Below, piece by piece: positions 16,689 through 27,327 of a stretch of DNA of 64,000 nucleotides (position 1 is its first letter; every line of letters starts with the position of its first letter). The translations under genes and the position numbers were made by a program. Below the pieces are notes generated by a model, which saw nothing but the letters and a program-made list of their open reading frames with translations, searched no databases and was not told the origin of the DNA. This DNA is from an uncultured Candidatus Saccharibacteria bacterium (lineage in GTDB: Bacteria; Patescibacteriota; Saccharimonadia; Saccharimonadales; CAZNVG01): NCBI GenBank assembly GCA_964576475.1, contig CAZNVG010000001.1, forward strand, positions 8,367 to 72,366. The letters are read 5' to 3'.

Positions 16689-17679
16689 TATGGATGATTC
16701 AGTTGTTGACGTAGCAATAATCGGGGCTGGTCCCGCTGGCTTAAGTGCCGCAATTTACACAACACGAGAAGACCTAAAAACAGTGCTATTCGATAAGGGT
16801 GTCATCGGTGGACTCGCCGCAATTACTGACTGGGTAGACAACTATCCAGGATTCAAGGATGGTGTAAGTGGTCTCGCGCTAGCAGAGCAACTTCAGGCTC
16901 AAGCAGAACGATTCGGTGCCGACATTCGACTCGGAGAAGTCACCAAAATTTCAGAAGATAAAGGCCTCAAGCTACTCGATACAACAGAAGGTCCGCTTCA
17001 CGCACGCAGTGTATTAATTGCTACAGGTAGCGAATATAAAATGCTTGGCATACCGGGGGAGAAAGAATTCTACGGACGGGGTGTGCACTACTGCGCTACG
17101 TGTGACGGCGCTTTTTACAGAGACAAGCGTCTCGTCGTAATAGGCGGAGGTAACTCTGCCGTACAAGAAGCTTTATTTTTAACCAAATTTGCATCACATA
17201 TAGACCTGCTCGCACGTTCGACAGTCAAAGCCAGCGAGGTTCTACAACACGAGCTAGAAAAGAACGACAAAATTACTGTCCATGAGGGCATTACTCCGAT
17301 TGAGATAGTTGGCGACAAAGCACCAGCCGATGGCGGGAAAATAGTTCGGGTTGCTGCGAAGAAAACTGACGGGGGCGATAGTGTTGATTTTGAAACAGAT
17401 GGCGTGTTCGTGTTTATAGGATTGAAACCGCAGAGCGAATTTGTTCAAAATAGTGCTATTGAGCTTGATGAAGTAGGGCTAATAAAAACTGACGAGATGC
17501 TCGAGACTTCAATTCCAGGTGTATTCTGTGCGGGTGATGTACGACATAACGCTACTATGCAAATTGCCAGTGCTGTCGGCGAAGGTGCGACTGCTGCGTT
17601 AAAAATCCGTGAATACCTGGAAGGCGTTGAGCGTGGCGAAAAACCAAGCCTTACAACCCAGTCTGCTGCTAAAGACTAG
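16681..17679 (+). CDS. trxB: Thioredoxin reductase
   Basis: GAGPAGLSAAIY, CATCDG, GGGNSA, GVFCAGD. Confidence 0.95.
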   Translation: MISMDDSVVDVAIIGAGPAGLSAAIYTTREDLKTVLFDKGVIGGLAAITDWVDNYPGFKDGVSGLALAEQLQAQAERFGADIRLGEVTKISEDKGLKLLDTTEGPLHARSVLIATGSEYKMLGIPGEKEFYGRGVHYCATCDGAFYRDKRLVVIGGGNSAVQEALFLTKFASHIDLLARSTVKASEVLQHELEKNDKITVHEGITPIEIVGDKAPADGGKIVRVAAKKTDGGDSVDFETDGVFVFIGLKPQSEFVQNSAIELDEVGLIKTDEMLETSIPGVFCAGDVRHNATMQIASAVGEGATAALKIREYLEGVERGEKPSLTTQSAAKD

Positions 17680-18108
17680 CTACTGAAGATCGCCAATCTT
17701 GAGCTTTGAAAGTTCATTTGAAGCTTGCGACGAATGTTGCCCTTCACCACCCTGAGTGGCAAATAATTGCGAGCCATCTCGACCACATGCCTGGGTAATA
17801 ACACCACCGCCCGGATGCTGAGAAATATAGCTAGTAAGGTCGTATACGCTATTGTTGATAATTGTCCAACAATCAGACGAACTGTTGTGCATAGCAACAA
17901 TATCCTGCGTTAGACCCTCGGCGGTACTTGGAGTAGCCGTATTGTCCGTCGTGGGACTTTGCGATGACTGAGTGGTGGGTTGATTTTGCAAAGTGGTTGA
18001 CTGCGAACCTACTGAGCTAGGGCGATCTTTTGCGAACGCCAGCGCAGCACCTCCACCAATTAATATAACTGCTATGACACTAATAATCGCGATCGTTGAT
18101 TTTGGCAT
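17680..18108 (-). CDS. Membrane-anchored cytochrome b5-like heme/steroid-binding protein
   Basis: HNSSSDCWTII...VYDLT.YISQHPGG...CGRDGS..F...HS; N-terminal TM and Ser/Thr linker. Confidence 0.88.
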   Translation of the reverse strand: MPKSTIAIISVIAVILIGGGAALAFAKDRPSSVGSQSTTLQNQPTTQSSQSPTTDNTATPSTAEGLTQDIVAMHNSSSDCWTIINNSVYDLTSYISQHPGGGVITQACGRDGSQLFATQGGEGQHSSQASNELSKLKIGDLQ

Positions 18109-18152
18109 GTATGCTCCTCGTATAACTGTTTCTAAGAAACTAGTATACCGCT

Positions 18153-18818
18153 CTATAGCTTTATTTTTGCTGAAGGATTGTTTCGAACAACGCCCATGAC
18201 ACCAAGTTTTTGCAGTCTACGTACTCGTGTAGGACTGTCGACGGTGTAGACAAACACCTCTAGACCTTGCATTTTTGCGCGCATTAAGGCGAGTCGATTA
18301 GCGATTACCCACTTAAGGGCAAGATAGCTAAGACCAAGTTTTTGCTGTTCTCTTGCACTTACAAACGGCCATTTGTTACGTAGTAGCGCTCGTGGTATTT
18401 CTGGCAACTCTTTCTTTGTCTCTTCAAGTGCCTGCGGCAGAAATGAGCTGATAATGACTGTAGCAGTCGTTGCGTCCAAGCACTCTCGTACTAACGGAGT
18501 GCAACCGGTCTCCTTAAGTTCAATGTTTACTCCAGTTCTGGTGCCGATTGTACGAAGAGCACTTTTGAGGTCCACACTGTGTGTGCCATCTAATCTTGGC
18601 ATTTCGACAATTTCAGCCAAACGCAGTGAACGTATAGGTTTGTCTATTCCATATAAGCGCTTCAAATCAGGATCATGCATAACAATAAGCTGGTCATCCA
18701 AGGTTTTGCGTACATCTAGCTCTACAAAGTCCACGCCCGCTGATATTGCTCTCTCAAAACCGAGCAAAGTATTTTCCGCCACTTCACCCATAGCACCACG
18801 ATGTCCAAATATCTTCAT
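18153..18818 (-). CDS. Glycerophosphodiester phosphodiesterase
   Basis: FGHRGA...ENTL...VELDV...VMHD...NIELK; start moved to MKIFGHRG. Confidence 0.9.
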   Translation of the reverse strand: MKIFGHRGAMGEVAENTLLGFERAISAGVDFVELDVRKTLDDQLIVMHDPDLKRLYGIDKPIRSLRLAEIVEMPRLDGTHSVDLKSALRTIGTRTGVNIELKETGCTPLVRECLDATTATVIISSFLPQALEETKKELPEIPRALLRNKWPFVSAREQQKLGLSYLALKWVIANRLALMRAKMQGLEVFVYTVDSPTRVRRLQKLGVMGVVRNNPSAKIKL

Positions 18819-18866
18819 TACTTGTAAGTGTAGTACACTTAAGTAAGAAATAAGAGGAGAAAACCT

Positions 18867-19394
18867 GTGCCAGATTTCAATGCCGTACTTAATCCCGGTG
18901 ACTACGAAAACAACATCATACACACTGTCATTGAGATACCTAAAGGTTCCAGTCACAAAATAGAATGGAACCGTGAGAAAGCTGCCTTTCAACTTGATCG
19001 TGTTGAACCAGCCATATTTGCAAAGCCCACAAACTACGGATTTATTCCTCAGACATTAGATGAAGATGGTGATGAACTTGATACTCTAGTTATTACAGAT
19101 GAGCCACTGCCTACGGGCATCTTCCTTGAAGCAAAAGTTATCGGAGTATTAAACTTTGAAGACGATGGCGAGATGGATCACAAAATAGTATGCGTACCGG
19201 CAGACGATAGAAACACAGGCGATGCTATCGCATCACTAGATGACATATCAGACGCACTCAAAAACCAGATAGCACACCACTTTACACACTACAAAGATCT
19301 CAAAAAACCAGGCAGCACAAAAGTATTAGGTTGGGGCGACATTGAGGAAGCAAAAAAGATTATTGCTGAGTGTATAGATCGTTACGTTGCATAA
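18867..19394 (+). CDS. ppa: Inorganic pyrophosphatase (family I)
   Basis: IEIPKGS, PTNYGFIPQTLDEDGDELD, FTHYKDL. Confidence 0.95.
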   Translation: MPDFNAVLNPGDYENNIIHTVIEIPKGSSHKIEWNREKAAFQLDRVEPAIFAKPTNYGFIPQTLDEDGDELDTLVITDEPLPTGIFLEAKVIGVLNFEDDGEMDHKIVCVPADDRNTGDAIASLDDISDALKNQIAHHFTHYKDLKKPGSTKVLGWGDIEEAKKIIAECIDRYVA

Positions 19395-19506
19395 AAACTA
19401 TCAAAACATCGCCAATTAAAAAACACTTGCCAACAAGCTTCTCATAGACGCAGTTTAACGCTTAAGCGTAAGCATGATACAATTTCCTTGATATAAATCG
19501 GGGGGA

Positions 19507-20526
19507 TTGATGAAAGTTACAGTAGCAATTAATGGATTCGGAAGAATAGGACGAAACGCATTTAAGATTGCTTTTGATCGAGCTGATCTTGAGATTGTTG
19601 CGATTAATGACCTTACAGATACAAAAACGCTGGCGCACCTACTAAAGCACGATAGTAACTACGGTGCATATGATCATGAGGTCACCTACGACGACACGAA
19701 TATAGTCGTTGATGGACAAAGAATAAAAGTCTTGGCTGAAAAAGATCCAAAAAACCTACCCTGGAAAGATTTAAATGTTGATATCGTCATTGAATCTACT
19801 GGATTCTTTACCAAGCACGATCAACTGCTGATGCATATTGAGGCAGGTGCTAAACGTGTCATCCTCTCAGCCCCCGAGAAAGACGACACTCACCACGACA
19901 CGTATGTTATGGGCGTCAATGAGCAAGATCTAAAGAAGGACCATCAGATAATTTCAAACGCCAGTTGTACTACAAACTGTATTACACCTGTTATGGGTGT
20001 GATGGAGTCGGTTTTTGGAATTGAAAAAGCAATGATGACAACTGTGCATAGTTACACTGCGTCACAAAGACTACAGGATGCTCCAGCTAAAGATCTTAGG
20101 GAGGCACGAAACGCAGCCGAGAACATTGTGCCCACCACTACGGGGGCGAGTATAGCCGCAGGTTTAGCGCTGCCGGCTTTAAAGGGTATCTTTGGCGGCA
20201 TGAGTGTACGTGTACCCACTCCAGTTGTGTCACTGAGCGACTTCGTCATCATCACTAAGCGTAATGTTACGGTAGATGAAGTAAAAAAAGCGTTTAAAGA
20301 CGCAGCTGCACAACCTTACTACCAAGGAATACTTGCGGCTACTGAAGAAGAATTGGTGAGCAGTGACTACATAGGTAACTCACACAGCGCTACTGTTGAT
20401 TTACCATTAACTGCGGTCGTTGGCGGCAACATGGTGAAGATCGTAGCTTGGTACGATAACGAATGGGGCTATAGTAACCGACTCGTTGAAATGGTTGCTG
20501 AAGCAGGCCGACAACTACAAAGCTGA
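19507..20526 (+). CDS. gap: Type I glyceraldehyde-3-phosphate dehydrogenase
   Basis: INGFGRIGR, SNASCTTNC, WYDNEWGYS. Confidence 0.97.
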   Translation: MMKVTVAINGFGRIGRNAFKIAFDRADLEIVAINDLTDTKTLAHLLKHDSNYGAYDHEVTYDDTNIVVDGQRIKVLAEKDPKNLPWKDLNVDIVIESTGFFTKHDQLLMHIEAGAKRVILSAPEKDDTHHDTYVMGVNEQDLKKDHQIISNASCTTNCITPVMGVMESVFGIEKAMMTTVHSYTASQRLQDAPAKDLREARNAAENIVPTTTGASIAAGLALPALKGIFGGMSVRVPTPVVSLSDFVIITKRNVTVDEVKKAFKDAAAQPYYQGILAATEEELVSSDYIGNSHSATVDLPLTAVVGGNMVKIVAWYDNEWGYSNRLVEMVAEAGRQLQS

Positions 20527-20966
20527 TGAAGATAATACTTGGATCCGACCATAACGGCTTTCACTTAAAACTCGAGCTTATGGAGTATCTTGATAAGCAT
20601 GGGTACGAGGTAGAAGATGCTGGCGATAAGGAACTGAACCCAGATGACGATTTTCCGCAGTTCGCAGCATCTGCAGTCACAAAACTTATCGGCGGCAACG
20701 ACGATGACAAGGCGATTCTGATTTGTGGATCTGGACAAGGAATGGCTATGGCAGCAAACCGCTTTACTGGCATAAGGGCAGCGCTCGTGTGGGACGAAGC
20801 ATCGGCAAAATCTTCACGTCGTGAAGACGACAGCAACGTTCTCGTCTTACCTGCGCATGTCATTGCTTCAGACACGGCGAATACTATTGTTGAGTCTTGG
20901 CTAAACACTCCGTTCGATAATGCGCCGCGTAGAATTCGTCGGCTCAAAGAGCTAGACAGTTTATAG
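20526..20966 (+). CDS. rpiB: Ribose-5-phosphate isomerase B
   Basis: GSDHNG, ILICGSGQGMAMAANR. Confidence 0.93.
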   Translation: MKIILGSDHNGFHLKLELMEYLDKHGYEVEDAGDKELNPDDDFPQFAASAVTKLIGGNDDDKAILICGSGQGMAMAANRFTGIRAALVWDEASAKSSRREDDSNVLVLPAHVIASDTANTIVESWLNTPFDNAPRRIRRLKELDSL

Positions 20967-20985
20967 CAGTGCTACAATAAACTAC

Positions 20986-21612
20986 ATGGCAATTATCGCA
21001 CCCTGTATTACGGCACTTACACTAGATGACTATGCACAACAACTTGCAAAGATAGAAGCATTTGCGCAGCGCCTTCATATCGATCTAGCCGACGGTGACT
21101 TTGCGCCCGTCAGCTTAGTGCCACCACAGAACGTGCATTGGCCAAAGACTGCAACAGCTGACATACATGTCATGTATCAACAGCCCTTGTCTATTCTAGA
21201 AACGCTCATTAGCCTCCATGCCCAGACTCTTATTCTTCAAATTGAAGCTGATGATGTAATGGTTTGTCTGCAAAATCTAACACAACTTGGCGTGCGTAGA
21301 GGTCTATCACTGCTACCAGACACACCAGCCGAAGCGCTTAAACCTTTCTTGGAATTTGTGGATCATGTCTTAATTTTTAGTGGCGATCTAGGTCATTTTG
21401 GCGGCAAAGTTAATACCGCGCACTTAAGCAAAGTGGCTGAAATAAAGTCATGGCGGAGTGAACTTGAAATAGGTTGGGATGGCGGAGTGAACGCAGACAA
21501 CGCGAGGCAGCTTATGCAGGGCGGTGTCGATGTCTTAAACAGTGGCGGATTCATACAAAAGTCTGATGATCCGCAACGAGCGTACCAACAACTTGTTGAC
21601 GCCATTAGCTAG
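20986..21612 (+). CDS. rpe: Ribulose-phosphate 3-epimerase
   Basis: LHIDLADGDF, DIHVM, GHFGG, WDGGVN. Confidence 0.88.
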   Translation: MAIIAPCITALTLDDYAQQLAKIEAFAQRLHIDLADGDFAPVSLVPPQNVHWPKTATADIHVMYQQPLSILETLISLHAQTLILQIEADDVMVCLQNLTQLGVRRGLSLLPDTPAEALKPFLEFVDHVLIFSGDLGHFGGKVNTAHLSKVAEIKSWRSELEIGWDGGVNADNARQLMQGGVDVLNSGGFIQKSDDPQRAYQQLVDAIS

Positions 21613-21672
21613 CTCACTAACTCTTTTTGCTTATGGTACTATTAATTTCAGACGAGGGGGTTTTACGTAAAC

Positions 21673-22527
21673 ATGCAAAAACTAACACTGCAGGAGTTAG
21701 AACTACAGGCGAATGATATTCGCGAAAGTATCATCAAGATGCTCGTCGCGGCCGGCAGCGGACATTCTGCCGGGCCACTAGGTCTCGCTGATATATTCGC
21801 AGCACTGTATTTTGATGTTATGAATCACGATCCTAAGAACCCAGAGTGGGAGGATCGAGACATTTTAATACTTAGTAATGGTCACTGTGCGCCAGTACGC
21901 TACGCCGCAATGGCTCATGCCGGCTTTTTCCCACTCGAGGAGCTTAAGACCCTGCGAAAATTTGGATCAAGACTTCAAGGTCATCCTGAGAGAACCAAGC
22001 TACCTGGGCTCGAAACAACCAGTGGACCACTCGGATCTGGGTTGTCGCAAGCTTCTGGAATGGCTCGAGCGCTGCAGATCGACAATGACCACCATCGTTG
22101 GGTTTACTGTATCTGTGGCGACGGTGAACTAGATGAGGGAAATATTTGGGAGGCTGCGATGTTTGCAGCCAAGTATCGACTTTATAACCTCACACTCATA
22201 ATCGATAGAAACAATATCCAGATTGATGGGCCTACCGAGCATGTTATGCCACTCGAAGATCTAAAACGGAAGTGGGACGCCTTTGGTTGGCACGTGCTTG
22301 AAATCGACGGCAACAATATTGAGGCCATCATTGATGCATGCAGTATGAGCCGTGCTGTCGTGGAGAAGCCAACGGTTATCATTGCGCACACTATTCCTGG
22401 TAAAGGAGTGGATTTCATGGAGTTTGACTATCGTTGGCATGGTAAGCCGCCCAAGCCGGACGAAGCGAAAAAGGCACTACATGAACTGCGCACTTTAGAA
22501 GGTAAGATACGATCGGAGCACCAATGA
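21673..22527 (+). CDS. Transketolase N-terminal (TPP-binding) subunit
   Basis: GSGHSAG, LQGHP, GDGELDEG..WEAA, WHGK. Confidence 0.93.
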   Translation: MQKLTLQELELQANDIRESIIKMLVAAGSGHSAGPLGLADIFAALYFDVMNHDPKNPEWEDRDILILSNGHCAPVRYAAMAHAGFFPLEELKTLRKFGSRLQGHPERTKLPGLETTSGPLGSGLSQASGMARALQIDNDHHRWVYCICGDGELDEGNIWEAAMFAAKYRLYNLTLIIDRNNIQIDGPTEHVMPLEDLKRKWDAFGWHVLEIDGNNIEAIIDACSMSRAVVEKPTVIIAHTIPGKGVDFMEFDYRWHGKPPKPDEAKKALHELRTLEGKIRSEHQ

Positions 22528-23483
22528 GCCTCATACACACGCTAAACGATGACCTTCCTACTGAGCCAATACGAGCGGGTTTTGGACGAGGGTTGCTAGC
22601 TGCTGGTAAGGAAAATGACTCAATCGTCGCGCTGTGTGCGGATCTTACAGAGTCCACGCAAATGCACCTATTTGCAGAAGAATTTCCCGAGCGTTTTGTA
22701 GAAATAGGTGTTGCTGAACAAAACCTTGCAACCGTAGCTGCAGGAATGGCAGCAATGGACAAAATTCCTTTCTGTAGTTCATACGCAGCGTTTAGCCCAG
22801 GTAGAAACTGGGAACAGATTAGAACAACTGCATGTCTTAACGATCGACCGGTAAAGATTATAGGCTCGCACGCCGGAGTCTCGGTTGGTCCGGATGGCGC
22901 AACTCACCAAATGTTAGAAGATATTGCTCTGATGCGGGCACTCCCGAATATGGTTGTTATTGCTCCGTGTGATGCAGTAGAGGCCGAGAAGGCCACATTA
23001 GCAATGGCAGGTGATTCGCGACCTAACTACATGCGCTTAGCGCGCGAGGCTACGCCCGTTTTTACAAAAAAGGACACACCATTTGATCTCAACAAAGCAC
23101 AAGTGTTCAAAGAGGGCAGCGATCTTACTATCATTGCAACAGGCGCAATGACATATCAGGCCCTCATGGCTGCGGAACATCTTAAAAAAGATGGCATAAG
23201 TGCGGAAGTGGTACATGTCGCTGTAATCAAACCACTAGATAGTACGACTATACTAGCCAGTGCCAAAAAGACAGGTAGGGTAATTACTTGTGAAGAACAC
23301 CAAATAACCGGAGGACTTGGTGGAGCTATTGCCGAGCTTCTGAGTGAAAAACATCCAACACGCATTCGCAGAATCGGTATACCAGATGTCTTTGGTGAAT
23401 CGGGTACTACACAAGAGCTATTTGAGCACTTTGGCCTTACTGGCAAACAGATTGCTGCCGTCGCTCACGAAATCTTAGACTAA
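22524..23483 (+). CDS. Transketolase C-terminal subunit
   Basis: GVAEQNL, GPDGATHQ, EEHQITGGLG. Confidence 0.93.
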   Translation: MSLIHTLNDDLPTEPIRAGFGRGLLAAGKENDSIVALCADLTESTQMHLFAEEFPERFVEIGVAEQNLATVAAGMAAMDKIPFCSSYAAFSPGRNWEQIRTTACLNDRPVKIIGSHAGVSVGPDGATHQMLEDIALMRALPNMVVIAPCDAVEAEKATLAMAGDSRPNYMRLAREATPVFTKKDTPFDLNKAQVFKEGSDLTIIATGAMTYQALMAAEHLKKDGISAEVVHVAVIKPLDSTTILASAKKTGRVITCEEHQITGGLGGAIAELLSEKHPTRIRRIGIPDVFGESGTTQELFEHFGLTGKQIAAVAHEILD

Positions 23484-23534
23484 AATACTACCTCTCCGTG
23501 GTACCATAAGCTTAAGAATTAACAGGGAATTACC

Positions 23535-24449
23535 ATGCCACTGACACTAAGAGAAATACGAGAAAACTGCCAAAAAGCTCGAGAGACGATGAAGCGAGCA
23601 CGTGACGAACACTTTGCGCTTGGCGCATTTAACCTTGATAACCAAGAAACGCTAATCGCGGTAGCACGAGCAGCTGCCGCTAAAAAGGCGCCACTAATGG
23701 TTGAAGTTTCTCAGGGCGAAGTAGAGGTCCTCGGACTCGAAAACGTGCGCGATATGGTCGAAAACTACAAGGCGCAGTATGGCATTGAGATGTATATTAA
23801 CCTTGACCATAGTCCATCTGTCGAAAATGCAATCGCAGGCATTGAAGCTGGATTCGAGTTTATCCATATAGACATAAGCCAAGCAAACCATGACGCTACC
23901 CACGAAGAAATAGTTAGCAAAACACGTGAAGTGGTTGAGGCAGCCAAACTGACCGGTGCACTCGTCGAGAGTGAACCACATTACTTTGGTGGCGGCTCTA
24001 ACAAGTTCACTGAAGCTTTTGATCCAGAAGAAATTAAAAAGTTCTTTAGTACTCCAGAGGGCGCGCGTTCCTTCGTAGAAGAAACTGGCATAGATACCTT
24101 TGCTGCCAGTGTCGGCAATTTGCATGGTCAGTACCCGGTACCTAAGGAGTTGCATCTAGATTTACTACAACAAATTAGAGATGCACTGCAGTGCAACATT
24201 AGCTTGCATGGAGGCTCCGGCACGCCAGGACATTTCTTTGAGGAAGCTGTTCGAATTGGTGTTAATAAGATAAACATCAACTCCGATATGCGCGTAGCTT
24301 ACAGAGACACACTTGAAAAGGTGCTCGCAGAAAACAAAACAGAATATGCCGTCGTCAAGCTCATGGGCACAGTTATCAGCGAAGTTCAAAAAGTCGTGGA
24401 GAGCAAGCTAGATATGTTTCAGTCGAGCGGGAAGGCTCGTGTTTACTAG
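23535..24449 (+). CDS. fba: Class II fructose-bisphosphate aldolase
   Basis: GAFN, NLDH, SVGNLHG, SLHGGSG, KININSD. Confidence 0.92.
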   Translation: MPLTLREIRENCQKARETMKRARDEHFALGAFNLDNQETLIAVARAAAAKKAPLMVEVSQGEVEVLGLENVRDMVENYKAQYGIEMYINLDHSPSVENAIAGIEAGFEFIHIDISQANHDATHEEIVSKTREVVEAAKLTGALVESEPHYFGGGSNKFTEAFDPEEIKKFFSTPEGARSFVEETGIDTFAASVGNLHGQYPVPKELHLDLLQQIRDALQCNISLHGGSGTPGHFFEEAVRIGVNKININSDMRVAYRDTLEKVLAENKTEYAVVKLMGTVISEVQKVVESKLDMFQSSGKARVY

Positions 24450-24452
24450 TCC

Positions 24453-25412
24453 ATGGGTATAAAAGTTGTGAGTATTGGGGCAGCGGTTCAGGATGTGTTT
24501 TTGCAAGGCAAAATTTTTACGCCCAAGACTGAATCTGATGGCTCACAAGTTGAAGAGTTCGTACTCGGAAGCAAGAACGACATCGAAGGCGTTGTCTACA
24601 GCACAGGGGGTGGTGCTACTAACGCGGCAGTCACCTTTGCACGGCAAGGACTTGAGTCTTGTTATATGGGGAAAGTAGGTAATGACATGGCGGGTCAGGC
24701 CGTTAGGCACGACCTAGAAAAAGAATCCGTCGATACAACTCTTATGGGACAATCGACAAAATTCGGTACAGGGTATTCAGCGCTATTATTAGCACCTAAT
24801 GGAGAAAGAACAATTCTTACCTATAGAGGTGCAAGTACACACTACGAAATAACTAAAGACGACCTAACCCATGTCGAGGCTGACTGGTTCTATATAAGTT
24901 CCCTTGAAGGTAATTTCGAAGTAGTTGAGACATTGTTGCTTTATGCAGCTGAAAAAGGAATTAAAGTCGCATGGAATCCTGGCAAGAAAGAGTTAGACAA
25001 TAAGGATGAAATACTGACGTTGCTGCCCCACGTGACTATCCTTAGTCTCAATAAAGAAGAGATGCAGCTTTTATTTACAGGGGATAGTATTGAAACTCTA
25101 GCTCAGGCCGCTGCACAGAAAGTACAGTTTGCAGTCGTAACAGATGGGCCGCGCGGTCTGGCTGCTGCGAGTAACAACGAAACGCTAAAAGCAGGTATGT
25201 ATGAAGACGTACCCGTCGTAGACCGGACAGGAGCAGGTGATGCGTTTTGCTCAGGTTTTAGTGCGGCAATAATGCAGGGGCAGTCACTGAGAGACGCGAT
25301 ACTACTGGGTAGCGCTAATTCAACGAGTGTTGTGAGTAAAATTGGTGCCAAAGCCGGAATTTTGCAAAAAGATGCTCAACTGCACGACATGCCAATAGAG
25401 GCGGTTAATTAG
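24453..25412 (+). CDS. PfkB-family carbohydrate kinase
   Basis: GGGATNAAV, DRTGAGDAF. Confidence 0.92.
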   Translation: MGIKVVSIGAAVQDVFLQGKIFTPKTESDGSQVEEFVLGSKNDIEGVVYSTGGGATNAAVTFARQGLESCYMGKVGNDMAGQAVRHDLEKESVDTTLMGQSTKFGTGYSALLLAPNGERTILTYRGASTHYEITKDDLTHVEADWFYISSLEGNFEVVETLLLYAAEKGIKVAWNPGKKELDNKDEILTLLPHVTILSLNKEEMQLLFTGDSIETLAQAAAQKVQFAVVTDGPRGLAAASNNETLKAGMYEDVPVVDRTGAGDAFCSGFSAAIMQGQSLRDAILLGSANSTSVVSKIGAKAGILQKDAQLHDMPIEAVN

Positions 25413-25453
25413 CATGATGCTTATGCTATACTTGACCTAAAAGGTAAACAAAC

Positions 25454-26695
25454 ATGTGCAGAATTATTGCTGAATTATTACAAGCCAAACAACCAGAATT
25501 TAAACTAGCCCTTCAACAGCTCGAGCAATCAAGCGGACGACCTGGAGTCGATCTGCAGCTATTAGGCAACATACTCGAGTCATCGTTTAGGAAGATTCAA
25601 GAGCTTGGCTTAGATCCCAACGACACTACTGGGCCCGAGCTCTATCATGCACTCAAAGGTCTTATGAAAAAACACGACCAGCATCTGGCACGAAAAATTG
25701 GCGGTAAGAGTACAGACAAGCCAAGCACACTGATACCGTTAATCAAGCAAGCTGTAGAGAAAGTCGACATTCCCAAAACCTGTTGGGTGCTTAAGAAATC
25801 TGTTGCTCGCCAAATGTTACGCGATAATCCCCCGCCGCAGATTATGAAACTCATGGGCTATCGATCCATAGAGCAGCTTCTCAAGAAGGAAGAATTATTT
25901 GAAGTATACGGAGCACTTCGTTTTGCAGAAGGACCTGAGTGGCTCAACCACTTCGACGAGCAGTACAAAAACCTAAAACCGAGCGACTTCGAGACTCGTC
26001 ATATCGAAATTGTTGTCATGCCCGCTGAGAGATGGGCCGATATCTGCGAGCCCTTCATACATAAAAAGAAACATAATATTACACATCTGAAGGAACTTGG
26101 TGTCATTTTAATGCTCCCAATCAAGAAAGAGCACATGCCAGGCATAGTTTTATTCGCAACAAGTTTGCTATTCCACTACATTAACGAGATAAGGCTCTAT
26201 AGTTCTTTCTTTAAGCTGCAACAGGTCAAAAAGAATTTCGCTGAGATATTTATTGAGACCCTTATTGCCGATCCCGCTAAGCACGCAGTCATGTCGGGTA
26301 ATCATATACACTGGCGCGTTATCCAGCGTTACTTCGGAAAACTCAAGAACGAGTATCATCCAGAAATATTCGAGCCGCACGTACAACCCGAGGACCTCCA
26401 TTGGCGTAAAGCCGAGGAAGCACTGTATGCTATTGATCCTGAACTCGAGTACTGGAAGAACATGGACTATGTGGGTCGAATGTATGAGGACGGCCCGGTT
26501 ACATTCAACATGATGGATATCGCAGCTAGTTATGCCAACGGAACTCCGTACGAAGAACGCGAGCTATATCATTTCCGTGAGTCACTTTGGAACGAAATCT
26601 TTATCAGATACATGGGCCAGAAAACTCTTGAGTCCCAAATTTTAAAGCAGTTAGATAACGACATGATTGCTCCAGAGAAGCTTGTACCGGCATGA
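25454..26695 (+). CDS. Conserved hypothetical protein (Saccharibacteria-type)
   Basis: 413-aa ORF with AAGG SD; overlaps the next gene (ATGA). Confidence 0.7.
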   Translation: MCRIIAELLQAKQPEFKLALQQLEQSSGRPGVDLQLLGNILESSFRKIQELGLDPNDTTGPELYHALKGLMKKHDQHLARKIGGKSTDKPSTLIPLIKQAVEKVDIPKTCWVLKKSVARQMLRDNPPPQIMKLMGYRSIEQLLKKEELFEVYGALRFAEGPEWLNHFDEQYKNLKPSDFETRHIEIVVMPAERWADICEPFIHKKKHNITHLKELGVILMLPIKKEHMPGIVLFATSLLFHYINEIRLYSSFFKLQQVKKNFAEIFIETLIADPAKHAVMSGNHIHWRVIQRYFGKLKNEYHPEIFEPHVQPEDLHWRKAEEALYAIDPELEYWKNMDYVGRMYEDGPVTFNMMDIAASYANGTPYEERELYHFRESLWNEIFIRYMGQKTLESQILKQLDNDMIAPEKLVPA

Positions 26696-27306
26696 AATAC
26701 TCGATTTGCGTCTCTGGCGCCGCTTCAGGCAAGACCGTAGAACTCGCCCATGACATGGCGAGCAAGTTAGGTCAGATCATTGCAAAACGCGGCCATATTC
26801 TAACTACGGGAGCAACGGTAGGGCTTCCGTATTATGCGGCTGTTGCTGCGAGCAAGGCCGGTGGTATGAGTATTGGCTTTTCACCAGCCTCAAGCCTCCG
26901 TGAGCACGCTTTCAAATACAATCTGCCCATTGGTGTCTATGACTTCATAAACTTCACAGGCATGCACTATGTTGGACGAGACGTACATCTCGTACAGTCT
27001 AGTGACGCAATCATTACAGTCGGCGGCCGATTCGGCAGTTTGCATGAATTCACAACCGCTCTTGAATCATATATGCCGTGCGGCGTACTGCTTGGAAGCG
27101 GGGGGACTGCAGACGTCATTCCCGAACTTATGAATAGACTTGAGTACGAAAGTAAAAAACTAGTGATTTTTGATACCGATCCTGAAGAATTAGTAGATAA
27201 AATTATCAAAAAACTGGATGAAGAGTTTAAAGACATAGATACTCATGCACTGAAAGCTCGTTGGGCAGTTCCTGAAAAGAAAGAATCTTCAGGCCATAAA
27301 GGCTAG
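26692..27306 (+). CDS. LOG/TIGR00725-like Rossmann-fold nucleotide-binding protein
   Basis: ICVSG...LTTGA..G...SSDAIITVGGRFGSLHE...GSGGTAD. Confidence 0.8.
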   Translation: MKYSICVSGAASGKTVELAHDMASKLGQIIAKRGHILTTGATVGLPYYAAVAASKAGGMSIGFSPASSLREHAFKYNLPIGVYDFINFTGMHYVGRDVHLVQSSDAIITVGGRFGSLHEFTTALESYMPCGVLLGSGGTADVIPELMNRLEYESKKLVIFDTDPEELVDKIIKKLDEEFKDIDTHALKARWAVPEKKESSGHKG

Positions 27307-27327
27307 GTTGCTTGCTACAATGTCTGT

